A model generated the notes under the pieces. That model was given only the letters and a program-made list of their open reading frames with translations. It ran no database searches and had not been told where the DNA came from. Below are positions 46,649-58,818 of a stretch of DNA of 64,000 nucleotides, piece by piece. The DNA lies in NCBI GenBank assembly GCA_051294375.1, contig CM119267.1, forward strand, positions 5,006,619-5,070,618, read 5' to 3'. Made by a program: the position numbers and the translations under genes. This stretch comes from Paraspadella gotoi. Its lineage: Eukaryota; Animalia; Chaetognatha. Each line of letters starts with the position of its first letter. The stretch's first letter is position 1.

Positions 46649-48887
46649 CCCTTATTTTTTTCGTCTTTATCGCTTTAGTCGTCGTTGTCGTTGTTAATGA
46701 CGATAAAGGTTGCTTCGTCAGCGTCTTCATGTTCCTCTTTTTTGTTTTCTTCTTTATTATCTCTGTCTTCGTCGTCGTCGTCGTCGTCGTTGTTGTTACC
46801 GTCGTCGCCTACGCTCGATTGAAACGAATGAGATTCAGGAAGAAGATGATGAATAACATTTTCGCCAGTCTCTCTCTCTNNNNNNNNNNNNNNNNNNNNN
46901 NNNNNNNNNNNNNNNNNNNNNNNNNNNNNNNNNNNNNNNNNNNNNNNNNNNNNNNNNNNNNNNNNNNNNNNNNNNNNNNNNNNNNNNNNNNNNNNNNNNN
47001 NNNNNNNNNNNNNNNNNNNNNNNNNNNNNNNNNNNNNNNNNNNNNNNNNNNNNNNNNNNNNNNNNNNNNNNNNNNNNNNNNNNNNNNNNNNNNNNNNNNN
47101 NNNNNNNNNNNNNNNNNNNNNNNNNNNNNNNNNNNNNNNNNNNNNNNNNNNNNNNNNNNNNNNNNNNNNNNNNNNNNNNNNNNNNNNNNNNNNNNNNNNN
47201 NNNNNNNNNNNNNNNNNNNNNNNNNNNNNNNNNNNNNNNNNNNNNNNNNNNNNNNNNNNNNNNNNNNNNNNNNNNNNNNNNNNNNNNNNNNNNNNNNNNN
47301 NNNNNNNNNNNNNNNNNNNNNNNNNNNNNNNNNNNNNNNNNNNNNNNNNNNNNNNNNNNNNNNNNNNNNNNNNNNNNNNNNNNNNNNNNNNNNNNNNNNN
47401 NNNNNNNNNNNNNNNNNNNNNNNNNNNNNNNNNNNNNNNNNNNNNNTGATTGAAATAAAATACTCGACGCATATCTTTATATATCGCGGAATCCGATAAA
47501 AACCAATTAGATAAAAACCGTGGGATAAAAAAAAACAACTTGTGATGGAATAAATTGAATTTTGGTTTCGCAGCTGCGATGGAAAAAAAAAAGAACGAAT
47601 TCCATTTTTTTTAGGAAAAAAAAAACAAATGGCATAAAATTTAATTTGGTTTCTCTTTTTTTTTCCATAATTGTATTTTACGTGCGATACTTTTGGGTTT
47701 TTGGGTTATTTTTATTTTTGTTCGTTTGAAAAAAGTGAGAATTATCGTGTCCTTTTTCTTTGGAACAGTTCTTTATCTTTTTTTCGCTTATCTTTATTCT
47801 TTCATTCCATTCTATTTGTTTCCNNNNNNNNNNNNNNNNNNNNNNNNNNNNNNNNNNNNNNNNNNNNNNNNNNNNNNNNNNNNNNNNNNNNNNNNNNNNN
47901 NNNNNNNNNNNNNNNNNNNNNNNNNNNNNNNNNNNNNNNNNNNNNNNNNNNNNNNNNNNNNNNNNNNNNNNNNNNNNNNNNNNNNNNNNNNNNNNNNNNN
48001 NNNNNNNNNNNNNNNNNNNNNNNNNNNNNNNNNNNNNNNNNNNNNNNNNNNNNNNNNNNNNNNNNNNNNNNNNNNNNNNNNNNNNNNNNNNNNNNNNNNN
48101 NNNNNNNNNNNNNNNNNNNNNNNNNNNNNNNNNNNNNNNNNNNNNNNNNNNNNNNNNNNNNNNNNNNNNNNNNNNNNNNNNNNNNNNNNNNNNNNNNNNN
48201 NNNNNNNNNNNNNNNNNNNNNNNNNNNNGACGACTACGTTAAATAAAAAAAAATTTCCCTAAAAATCCTCCGATATTTTCGGGGATTTATTTTGTGTAGT
48301 GTTTTTTTTTTTTTGTTCCTTTTTTCTTCTGATGTTATATGGCAATTGTTTGCATTACTGGTTTTTGCCAATGCTTCGGGTTGTAAAAGCTTTTTTAGCT
48401 TACCTTGGTTAACTTGGTAAGCGGGTAAACCATTTTAAAACGTATTTTATTGCATATCGTATATGTACATTGTACAATACGAAGTACACAATCCAGTGTA
48501 CGTTTTCGACTAAAACACTTTTGCATCACGTTAACGACTTTTAAACGCCCCCCCNNNNNNNNNNNNNNNNNNNNNNNNNNNNNNNNNNNNNNNNNNNNNN
48601 NNNNNNNNNNNNNNNNNNNNNNNNNNNNNNNNNNNNNNNNNNNNNNNNNNNNNNNNNNNNNNNNNNNNNNNNNNNNNNNNNNNNNNNNNNNNNNNNNNNN
48701 NNNNNNNNNNNNNNNNNNNNNNNNNNNNNNNNNNNNNNNNNNNNNNNNNNNNNNNNNNNNNNNNNNNNNNNNNNNNNNNNNNNNNNNNNNNNNNNNNNAG
48801 CCCACGCCGACTTATCCCAGAGACCGACTTCGCTTTTATGAGCCAACACTTTTTTCTTTCCTCTTTTTTTCTATTTTTAGAAGCAGA

Positions 48888-48926
<39 letters not shown>

Positions 48927-49473
48927 GATTAGCTAATAGCAATCCTTTCTCGCACTATTAATTATTGAATGAATAAAAAAATCAAATAATGGCTCAGCTA
49001 ATGAATTTTTTAAATAATTATGATTTTTGACCGATTTTCCTGTAGTGTTAAAAGCCTTATACCTCCAGGAGACGAATTATCTCAGCGAAATATTCTGCCT
49101 CGTTTCGTACCTAATATCATGGTTTCACTTGACCTTGGCTGATTTTAGCGTTTCGCCCAGAAAATACATTCTTCGCAATCTCTTTGGCTTTCGAAACTTT
49201 CAAAATAGGTTTCTCCAGTTCTTTCTTCGTTTTTACTACTGCAGCATCGGCAGACGTAGCTGCAGTGACAAGGTCGCCCCGTTAATTTCTTGGTTATTTT
49301 ACACAAGCGGCTGGATTAGTGGAACCAAATTCGTTTTTCCTTCGAATCTGTCGTATCTTCTACTTATTCTTCTCCGGTCATACGAATTCTCTAAAGAGAA
49401 TCGAAAGCTTGCTTCGGACCGCAATTTTAACGCCAAGCTTTCCTCGGCTGCTTGGCCAACAAGCTAATAAACT

Positions 49474-49573
49474 ATGGCTTCTCGCCCGAAAGAGGAAAAA
49501 TACGAGCAAAAATTGGCGAAGGAAGCGTTGGAGTGGATTGCCAGTTTAATCGACGAAAAATTGGATTGTTCGG
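49474..49573 (+). CDS. Calponin-homology protein (transgelin/MP20/myophilin family), exon 1
   Basis: MASRPKEEKYEQKLAKEALEWIASLIDEKLDCS contains the family's KY...EALEWI helix; donor G|GTAAGT, phase 1. Confidence 0.9.
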
Positions 49574-49855
49574 GTAAGTTGGGTGGTACTCTTTCACTAA
49601 ATATTTACTCACAGGGTTCGGATACAAAATTTTTAAGCTTTATTGGAACAAGCTGCTGAGCGAGTCTATTCGGTATCTCGTGAATTATGTGATCGCATGA
49701 TCGGTGATCGCGTGACTTCACGAGTAAACTTGGTTGATTGAAGTTTTTCCCCCCAAGTTTTAAGCATTTAAAATTTAAGTGGGACCAGACCTACGAACGG
49801 AGATGCTCCGCGAGTACGCAGCGGCGAAACTAATAATCAATCTGACTGACTTTAG

Positions 49856-50064
49856 GATCGAGGGACACCTTTCACTCGCAGCTGAAGAACGGGCAGCGCC
49901 TCTGCCGTCTGATGAACGAGTTAAAGCCCAACACGATCCGCGATATCAACGAAGCCAGGATGGCCTTCACGGAGATGGAGAACATCGGCAACTTCCTGAG
50001 CGCCTGCGAGGAATTCGGCGTCGATAGGGGCGACCTATTTCGAATAAGCGATCTTTACAAGGCG
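49856..50064 (+). CDS. Calponin-homology protein, exon 2
   Basis: Acceptor ctttag. GSRDTFHSQLKNGQRLCRLMNELKPNTIRDINEARMAFTEMENIGNFLSACEEFGVDRGDLFRISDLYKA carries the CH motifs LKNG..LC.L.N.L.P, MENI..FL, G....LF...DLY. Donor GTGGGT, phase 0. Confidence 0.93.
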
Positions 50065-50417
50065 GTGGGTCACTGCTATAAGATGATAGAGCAATCGTAC
50101 AGAAAGTATATGCAGGGATGATGCAGTATTAATGCGGCATTGACGTAGCGATACGAAGGTGATATAATAATCGTACGGAGATAGTGCGGCGAGGCGCGTC
50201 AATTCTAAAGGGATGATGTTGGGATGTAGCTGCATTGATGCAGCGACCATGCAGCAATGATGCGACGATACGGATGCAGCAATATTGCAACGTGAATGGA
50301 GAAAGGACGCGATGTTGAATATAATGCAGAAACGATGCAGTATTGATAATTAACACAGAGAAAATAAAGCGAGGATACTTTTTTTATTCGTATAATTTCC
50401 GACATTGATGCTTTCAG

Positions 50418-50516
50418 GAAAATCTTGATGTTGTGGTTTTGGCAATCCATGCCCTGGGACGAGAGGCCAGTCGTAAGGGGTATCAAGGAATCAAACCTAA
50501 AGAAGCAGATGCTTGA
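50418..50516 (+). CDS. Calponin-homology protein, exon 3 (ENLDVVVLAIHALGREASRKGYQGIKPKEADA*)
   Basis: Acceptor ctttcag at 50417. Encodes the last CH helix N...V...I.ALGR.A; TGA 50514-50516; AATAAA near 50713. Not in the ORF track. Confidence 0.88.
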   Translation, partial: ENLDVVVLAIHALGREASRKGYQGIKPKEADA

Positions 50517-52859
50517 AGATTAAGGTTATTCGATCCTAAATGACTATCCTTTCGGACGTAGGAATTTAAAAAAAAACTATACACATCCGCATCGTAGGAA
50601 AGTTACATATTTGATCATATTAGATCATATTTTAGATTTGAAAAAAGTTAAAATGATTTCATGAATATTGTTTAAAATGTTAACTCTCATTAGCATTGTC
50701 CTATGAAAAAAAAATAAAGTTTTACTCTTTCTTGCGTGGTTCTCATTTCTGCAAATTCCATTTTTTGTGTACTTTTCGTTTTACATATTTAGTCTTTTAT
50801 CCAAAAAAATTATTTAAAAAAAAAAGTTACTGTTAACTCGCCCGTGGCCTATCGGCTTCTCGGGTTGGAAATCTTAACTAATCGAATTCCACACGAATCG
50901 GCGAAAGAAATTTTCTGCGTCACGAGATGGAACTGGGAGCGAATCCACAGTGCTGGTCGAGATTTGTTAATGTTTGTGAGAAGTTCGTCTGTCTTCTACA
51001 AAACTAAAATTTAAAGTTTTTCAGTCAGTTTGTTGTCTACATCGATATAGTACATGGGTCAACGTTGATTAATCTATTTTGACGAATTTTCGAAGAGATC
51101 CTCTTAAGAAATTCGCCCGCCAGATCCCATCTCGTTTGTCATTCCGGCTAAACTTTCTTCGATCTTCCTCGAAAAATATCGAGAAACTTATTTTTTTTCA
51201 AGTTGCAAAATGTCTGTATGTCTATCGGTGTGTCCCAATTGAGTTAATAATTCGGAAGAAACTTTATCATTTTGATTAATACGTTATCGTAAAGTAATGT
51301 AACGTGAGATGTATGAATTGAAGCTGTTTCGTACTCGAGTAGTCCCTTTAAAAAAAGAGTCACTGGGTCACAAAACGGTCAACTTGCAGGTTCTTGTTTT
51401 CTTGTCATTTTTTTTCCTCTGCCAATTTTTGTTCTTAGGATGTGATCTTTTATATCACTGCGGAACGTCATTATTTAGTGACGAAAGACGACGACGACGA
51501 CGAAACGACGACAGAGCCAAAAATAAAGGGAGTCGTCGGAAGACGAACCAGGAATGACTAACGACGATCCGCGTGAATGACGAAACGAGGAAAGAGACGA
51601 AAAGGGAAACGAAAGATGTCGAAATAAAAACCGAAATGGCGTAGTAGTGGGAGATTGAAATGGAAGGAGAATCGAGATGGGATAATGGGTGGGGGGAGAT
51701 TGGATGAGATGGGATAATGGGTGGGGGGGAGGATGGGAATGAGATTGGATGATAAGATGAAAGATAGGAAATTGGAGATGGGAAGTGAAGAGAGATAGGG
51801 GAAAGGACAGGAAATAAGATGAGAATCGAGAGAAGATGAGTAAGATGATTGATTTTTTTATTCATATCAATTTGTGATACGGATCGATACAAACATATAC
51901 ACTAACAGAAAAATGACAACAGAGAAATAATAAGTAATTTAGGTAATCGAGACATTGTTTCTATGTTCATTGTACAATGGGGGGGAAAAGGATGGGAGAA
52001 GAGATTATAAATGGGAGAAAAAGGGATGGGACAAAAAGATGAAATAAGGGAAAAACAAGTTGAGACGACGAACGACGCCGATGACGACGACGACGATGAC
52101 GACGACGAACGAGAGAAGGGAGGGGCGAAAATAAATTAAACTGGGAATCGATACGACGTGATCTCTGAGCAGCAGACGCTTTCCTGTTTTTTTTTCGGGA
52201 TTCAAGATGCGATGGAAATTGATTAAATATCAGACGAGTAATTGAAACTATAAAAAAAAACAACCAAGATTATACATACCGTTGGAGGGAAATAGATTGT
52301 ATTAAATATTGATTAAAGATTAATACTTAGTGCGTCTCTAAATCGATCGGGACGGGACGATTGATTTGTAATTAGACGCGTCGCCCTGTACCTCTGTACG
52401 CCTTGTACTGTGTACACACTACACAGTGTACAGTGTACACGCCTATACCCTTGTACTCTTTGTTCCCTTACTTGGCGTCCATTTTCAATTTTGCTTAAAC
52501 AATCTCAACTGATCACGCTCGCGCCTTGTTCCCACCTGGCGGGAGCTTTGCTCCGGTCCCTTATTCCCCTTTGGGTCAAACTCCGGCTCTCAATTGAAAT
52601 CAGTCTTATTTTTTTTTTTCGAAAATAGAAGCGGAAATCCTTTCAGCGAAATTCCCTAGTGTTGGATGGAATTGATTAAAGCAAGATGACTGAAGACTCG
52701 TCGCCTCGCATATATACGGTCACAGTCCTAATGGGACGTGAATGTTGTTCAGTCGAAAAAATTAAATTAATAAATTTAATAATCATTCATTAATTCGGTT
52801 TTTTTTCAGTGAGACATTTATTTTCTTACTATTTCTTTATTCATATATATTCTGTCTGT

Positions 52860-52950
52860 GATTGATTGATTTGATTGATTTGGTTGATTTGATTGATTTG
52901 ATTGATTTGATTGATTTGATTGATTTGATTGATTTGATTGATTGATTGAT
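52860..52950. repeat. 9-bp tandem repeat (gattgattt)n
   Basis: Seen directly. Confidence 0.9.
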
Positions 52951-53710
52951 CGATCGATTCTTCGTCTCATCCGAAGTAGGGCATCCAATTTCATTCGTTT
53001 CATTTAACTTACTCAGCATCCGGGGAAAAGAGAAAGAGGAAAAAAAAAAAGGTAATGGAGTTCCGACAAACTTTTTCAGTCTCGGACCCGGGTCTCCGGT
53101 CCACGCCCGGTCGTCGTCGTCGTCGTCNNNNNNNNNNTCGCCGTCGCCGTCGACGGCCGTCACGCCATCTCGCGTCGATAAACCTCGTTGTGCTTCGACC
53201 CTTATTTCAACGAGAGCCGAGTTTATTTCCCCGCGGGACGGAAAAACCCCTTTCCCTCTCGTTAACGATCGAAACCCTTCTCGGCCCTCAGGTTGGGGGT
53301 GGGGGGGAGGGCCAAGTGGGGAGGGGGTGAGAGAAGGGCGAACTCTATTCCCGGCGGAGTGGGTGCCCAACTTGAAATTACTTACCCTACACTAGGTCTT
53401 CTCTTTCTCCTTCAGCTGTGGGATTTATTTTTTTTTTTTTACTGAAAAGTAGTACAAGTTTGTGTCGTTCGAAACTTGTTTTTGATTTGTAAACTTCCTT
53501 CGGAGATTCTCAAGTTTTAAATCAATTTGAGGAATTTCTCCATCGTCGGCCGCCTAACTTACTCCCTCCGGACTTCCCGGCTGAGTCAACTTACTCTCTC
53601 AAACCCGCCGCTTTTCCTCATATCTTTGACAGTAAACAAACGATAACGAAATCAACTATTCTGCTTTTGTTATGATTTTAAATAAATTTCTACATTATTT
53701 TCTTTCTGTC

Positions 53711-53714
<4 letters not shown>

Positions 53715-53797
<83 letters not shown>

Positions 53798-53833
53798 GTT
53801 ATTATTATTGTTATTGTTATTATTATTATTATT
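53715..53833. repeat. (ATT)n microsatellite
   Basis: Seen directly. Confidence 0.95.
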
Positions 53834-54372
53834 GAGCTCACTGCAAGTTCGATCAATCCAAACAGGAAGCCAGAAACAGGAAACTAGGTTAAAAGGATTC
53901 GATTGCAGCTGAGCGGTTCCACTAATTGTTATTTTCGTCGTCGTCGTCGTCCACAACGACCTCCTAATTACAAATATTGCTTTTTTGCACAAGAAAAATA
54001 ATTAGGTCAAATAACCAATTTTTGTCGCAGAGTAAGATTTTATAAGTTTCAATTGCTAATGCAGTGTCTCGTTTTGTTTTTTTTTTTTTGTTTATTTAAC
54101 TGAATTGTCAAATGTGCGTTCACTAATAATTTCATTTTTTTTCTTTTTTCTCTATTTCTGCCTGCCAATACGCATCGATCGACGAACAGGTAAGTGCAAT
54201 TTCATATTTTTGATAAACTTTGCATTATAATTATTCCTTTAAAATCATCCTCTAACAAAAATTTGTTGAACTATCACATGCCCTAGCATCGCTGTAAACA
54301 CTCGATTCAGCGTTAGTTGTTAATATACTACCTATATATAACCCTTAAATAGAAGTCTTATTCTTTAATATA

Positions 54373-54448
<76 letters not shown>

Positions 54449-54599
54449 CCCCTCTCGCGAGGGGATTAGCGCGCCGCCGTCGTGGAAGCCGCCATAATTC
54501 TCTATTCCAAAGGCATTATCATAATTACCGCGAGAACCGTTGGAACAAACGAAGGCTTCGTCGCCGATTTTTACGAAAATGAGGCTCGTCGTCGTCGTC

Positions 54600-54790
54600 G
54601 ATGACGAAAACGAGGTTTGTGGTCGAAAACGAGGTTCGTCGTTCGACGACGAAAACGAGACTCGTGGTCGAAAACGAGGTTCGTCGTCCGATGACGAAAA
54701 CGAGGTTTGTGGTCGAAAACGAGGTTCGTCGTCCGATGACAAAAACGAGGTTTGTGGTCGAAAACGAGGCTCTCGGTGGAAAACGAGGCT
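54600..54790. repeat. 45-bp minisatellite, ~4 copies
   Basis: Unit gacgaaaacgaggtttgtggtcgaaaacgaggttcgtcgtccgat, itself containing two cgaaaacgagg sub-repeats. Confidence 0.9.
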
Positions 54791-55235
54791 GCCGGTCATA
54801 GACGATGACGAAAACGGGGCTCTCGATCTCGTAATCGTCGCTATTTTCGACAGAATAAAAAAAAAGAAAAAAAAGAAATAGAATGTTGGAATTGGTGCTG
54901 AGCTTCGAAACGGGGAAACAATGAAATAAAAAAAAAGTGATATAGGGCGAGTGCGAAATAAAAGTAGGTGACGGGAGGGAGGGGATAAAAATTAATCAAA
55001 TGATTCGCGGAGTATAAAAGAAGGGAAATAGAATGAGGAAGAGAAGAAAATATTTTTTAAAAAAAGAAATTTGCGAGCGAAAGAGAATTAGGTTATGGAA
55101 AGACGGATCGCGAAGATGGAACCAAAAAAAAAGATGGAACCAAAAAGAAAGAGAGTTATGAGATGAAGAAATAATTGGCTATTCAAACAAATGGATTTTG
55201 GTTTGAGAATCGTTGAATTTTTTTTTTTTTTTTTT

Positions 55236-55538
55236 AGCCGGATCTGCTCACGGCAGATTCCGGTCCGTCGGTCCTACCCTAAAATCTAGTCGGTAAGATA
55301 CTTAAATCATGTCTGAACCTCGAATTATGTGTCTGTCTGACTGTCTGTCTGTCTGTCCTAAAAACCGACAGTTTGAGCAAACAATGCCGGATCTGAACTG
55401 ATAATTAATTATTTTATTATTATTATTATTATTAATTTAAATATTTATTAATTAATTAATTTTTTATATATTCATTTAATAAAATAATTACCGCTAATGA
55501 TCGTGGGCAGATCCGGCATTGTTTTCTCAAACTTGTTT
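55236..55538 (+). mobile_element. Second family of HINE-like element with subterminal inverted repeats
   Basis: Follows a poly-T run. gccggatctgctcacg (55237) pairs with cgtgggcagatccggc (55502-55517); (gtct)n tract; internal IR agtttgagcaaacaatgccggatctg / cagatccggcattgttttctcaaact; ends cttgttt. Confidence 0.65.
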
Positions 55539-56606
55539 AATATTGTGCGGCCTATTCTACAATTGACTTTTATTTTTTTATTTTCTTAAAATAGAAACAA
55601 GAAAAAAAAGAAAATCTAATCAAAAAAAAATTTTTTAGAAGAATTACTACCAAAAAAGAAATAATTAGCAGCTACTTAACGATACGTTGACCAAAAAAAA
55701 AAACCTGGAACCGAAACTGGACGAAAAAAAAAGCAAAAAAAGCAGAGGAAAAAAGCAGGGAAAAAAGCGAAGTAAAAAAGGTAATTTTGAGTTAGACCGC
55801 GGGAAGTCACTTTGCTAACGCAAGGAAACCGACCATTTGTCAAACACGAAAAACCTGGATAAAAAAAAGGAAAACGGAGGGCGAAAAAAAAAAAGCGGAA
55901 AAATTTTTAAGAAAAATTAACTTACTGTTTGTACTGGGCAACTAGATTTATGTATGGTGCCACTAAGTTAAGTAATGTTTAGACGTAAATCAATTAATAA
56001 GGCAGGTACTGGGCAAAAAATATTATTTTTTCTATAGAGGTCTAATATTCTCTCATACGTAAATATCTATAATTTTTTTGTTCATTAAACATTAAAAAGC
56101 CCTTGTTTGAAAAATTGTTGATGAATCAAATCGGAGAGAGTGAATTATTTGGCATATAAAGAAATAATTTCTTTACTGCTCACTCGGCAAACAATAGAAT
56201 TAAATAATCCTTGAATAATTATTCAAGGGTCACTCTTGGCGGATAATTGACTAAAAATAACCCGGACGACGGCATCGGGAAGAATTGCTTCATCGGTTCA
56301 ACTGAAGGCGAATGGACGATTAGAGAGACTCTCTTATGAAGAGGATCGAGGGCGGGCGATGGACTTATGAGGCCAGAAAAAGAGGCCTGGGTCTCATGAG
56401 GCCGACGAGAGGGTTTTTATTAATGCGGCAAGCGGGCATGGATCGTACGTGGCAGGACCTGGCCCGCCAGACGGCTTTGGTCTTATGAGGTTAGAGAGTG
56501 TGCCTGGATTGTTAAGTCAAGGTAGGAGATGTACAAATCCGGCTAAATGGCACGGGTCTTGAGAAACCAGAAAGCGGTATTGAGAATTATGTTGCGGAAA
56601 GAAAGC

Positions 56607-56985
56607 GGGCATGGAACTTCCTTGGCCTACGATCGAGCATGGATCTTATAGAGACAACGATCGGGGGTGGATCTTCCTTAGCCTACGATCGGGCATGAAT
56701 CTTCCTTGGCCTACGATCGGGCATGGATCTTATACAGCCAGCAACTGGGCAAGGATCTTCCTTGACCTATGATTGGGCATGGGTCTTAAGAGGCCAGTGA
56801 CTGGGCATGGATCTTCCATGGCCTACGATCGGGCATGGATCTCATAGATCCCACGACAGGGCATGGATCTTACTTGGCCTACGATTGGGCATGGGTCTTA
56901 TGGGGCCAGCGACCGGGCATGGATCTTCCTTTGCCTACGATCGGGCATGGATCTTATAGAGCCAGCGACCGGGCGTGGATGTTAT
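56607..56985. repeat. 28-bp minisatellite with alternating A/B variants (56-bp higher-order unit), 13 full units
   Basis: A = gggcatggatcttccttggcctacgatc, B = gggcatggatcttatagagccagcgacc. Decayed units extend upstream to ~56340. Confidence 0.92.
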
Positions 56986-57599
56986 CAAGTCGGCGAAAGG
57001 AAGGAAAGGCGGAGGAAGGAGAAAAGAAATAACTCGATTTATGACTGAGATATGGATCGTCGTTGTCCGCGGAATGGCCGCCCTTCCTGAGTGCCGTTCC
57101 TCTTTAAACGGAAGAGAGTTTTCAAGGTGGATTTAATGTCGAGAGTTCCGAGACGATTTACCGGCGCTTGACCATACGAAACGTCTCTTTTATTTATAGA
57201 AATTGAACGCTTGTTTTAATATGTTTAAATAAATGTAAGGATTTTAAAAAGAATATTGTCAAACATTTCAGAATTACATTAGGTTTATAATATTCAGGTA
57301 TAGTTGAAAAGTTTAGATTTCTGTAAGGGAATTAATGTCACCATATTAACGTAAAGGTTCCATTTAATTTGTTGTTGTATAGAATAATAATTTGACCTAC
57401 TTAGCTCGGGGAGAATGTTCGGCGGGGACATAAACGCTGTGACGCCGCTGGAGTCCGAACCGTCGGTCATGCGAACCGAGGACCGCAAAACATTTTGCAT
57501 CAGCAATCGAATTCGCGGTTATGATTTATCGAAATGTTTTATTTTCAGAGGATGGAAAGAAGGAAAGGAAAAAAAGCCTAAAAGGGTGTGGTTGGGAGA

Positions 57600-57681
<82 letters not shown>

Positions 57682-57852
57682 AGAGAAAGAGAGAGAGAGA
57701 GAGAGAGGAGAGAGAGAAAAAAATAAATAACTGGATGACCTCTGATAAGACAGAGAAAGAGAATAACAGAAATATGAAAATAAAAAAAAATAAGAGGAAA
57801 ACGAGGTGAGCTCGCATGAAAAGGAAACTGAGAGAGGAGAGAGAGAGAGAGA

Positions 57853-57933
<81 letters not shown>

Positions 57934-58362
57934 GGCTTAGCCTCGATGGCGTGGAGCTGACAGCAATACACATAAACACACACACATGGATGACACGTCG
58001 CTGTCAAAACGCTGCCAATGTTTTTTTTTTTCTTGCTCGAGTCTTTACCCATCCAAGGGCAGCGACAGGCGTCTGCTCGGCTCAGGCAGAGGAACATAAA
58101 AACATAAAAACGTAAAAAAATGACGAGAAAAAAAAATCATAATTGAAAGGAAATCGGACGGGGCGAGTCCTGTGGATCAGTTTGTTCGGTATTGAAAATC
58201 TAAATAGTTTTGGTAACTTTTTTTTTTAAGTGATGCATAAATTCAAAGATATGCGCTCGCATTTAGCATCCTACTGTACGACAAGAAAATAGACTGAACT
58301 GTGAGAGAGTATTGATTAAATGGTTGCAGGGTCCTTCTATGCTCTCTTCAACCATAGTCACT

Positions 58363-58426
58363 TTCAGGGCAAGAATACCTTATTTAATGAATGAATGGAT
58401 TATATTTATATTGGTTGTACCAATTC
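58363..58426 (-). repeat. Short dispersed repeat, copy 3 (partial)
   Basis: ttatttaatgaatgaatggattatatttatattggttgtaccaatt is the reverse complement of the 3976/45092 repeat. Confidence 0.6.
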
Positions 58427-58738
58427 CGTACGAAACCAAACATTATCAACTCGGAATATGGATCAATTCGACATAATTAGTTTTCCCAGGAAGCAATAGA
58501 TTCAAGTTATCGTTGAAAAGATCATATGCATATTAATTCGCTCGTTTCGAATTAAAAATCAGAAATTTAAAAAAAAAGAAAACGAAATTAGTTGGGAGGA
58601 TCAAATTTCCTCAACTTCCCCTCCCCCCTCTGTCGGCCAAAAAAAAAGACGAAATAAAAAAACGATTTCCGAACTTTACAACGAATAAAAAAAAATTCTT
58701 TCCCCGTCGTAATAAATATTCTTCCACCTCGCGCGCCA

Positions 58739-58818
<80 letters not shown>

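Noticed and set aside
46579-48932. Long ORFs in the ORF track
   Set aside because: They run through N gaps and are artefacts.
56607-56985. CRISPR-like array (constant core plus variable spacer)
   Set aside because: The 'spacers' are only 15 bp and alternate between two related types; there are no cas genes and the context is eukaryotic.
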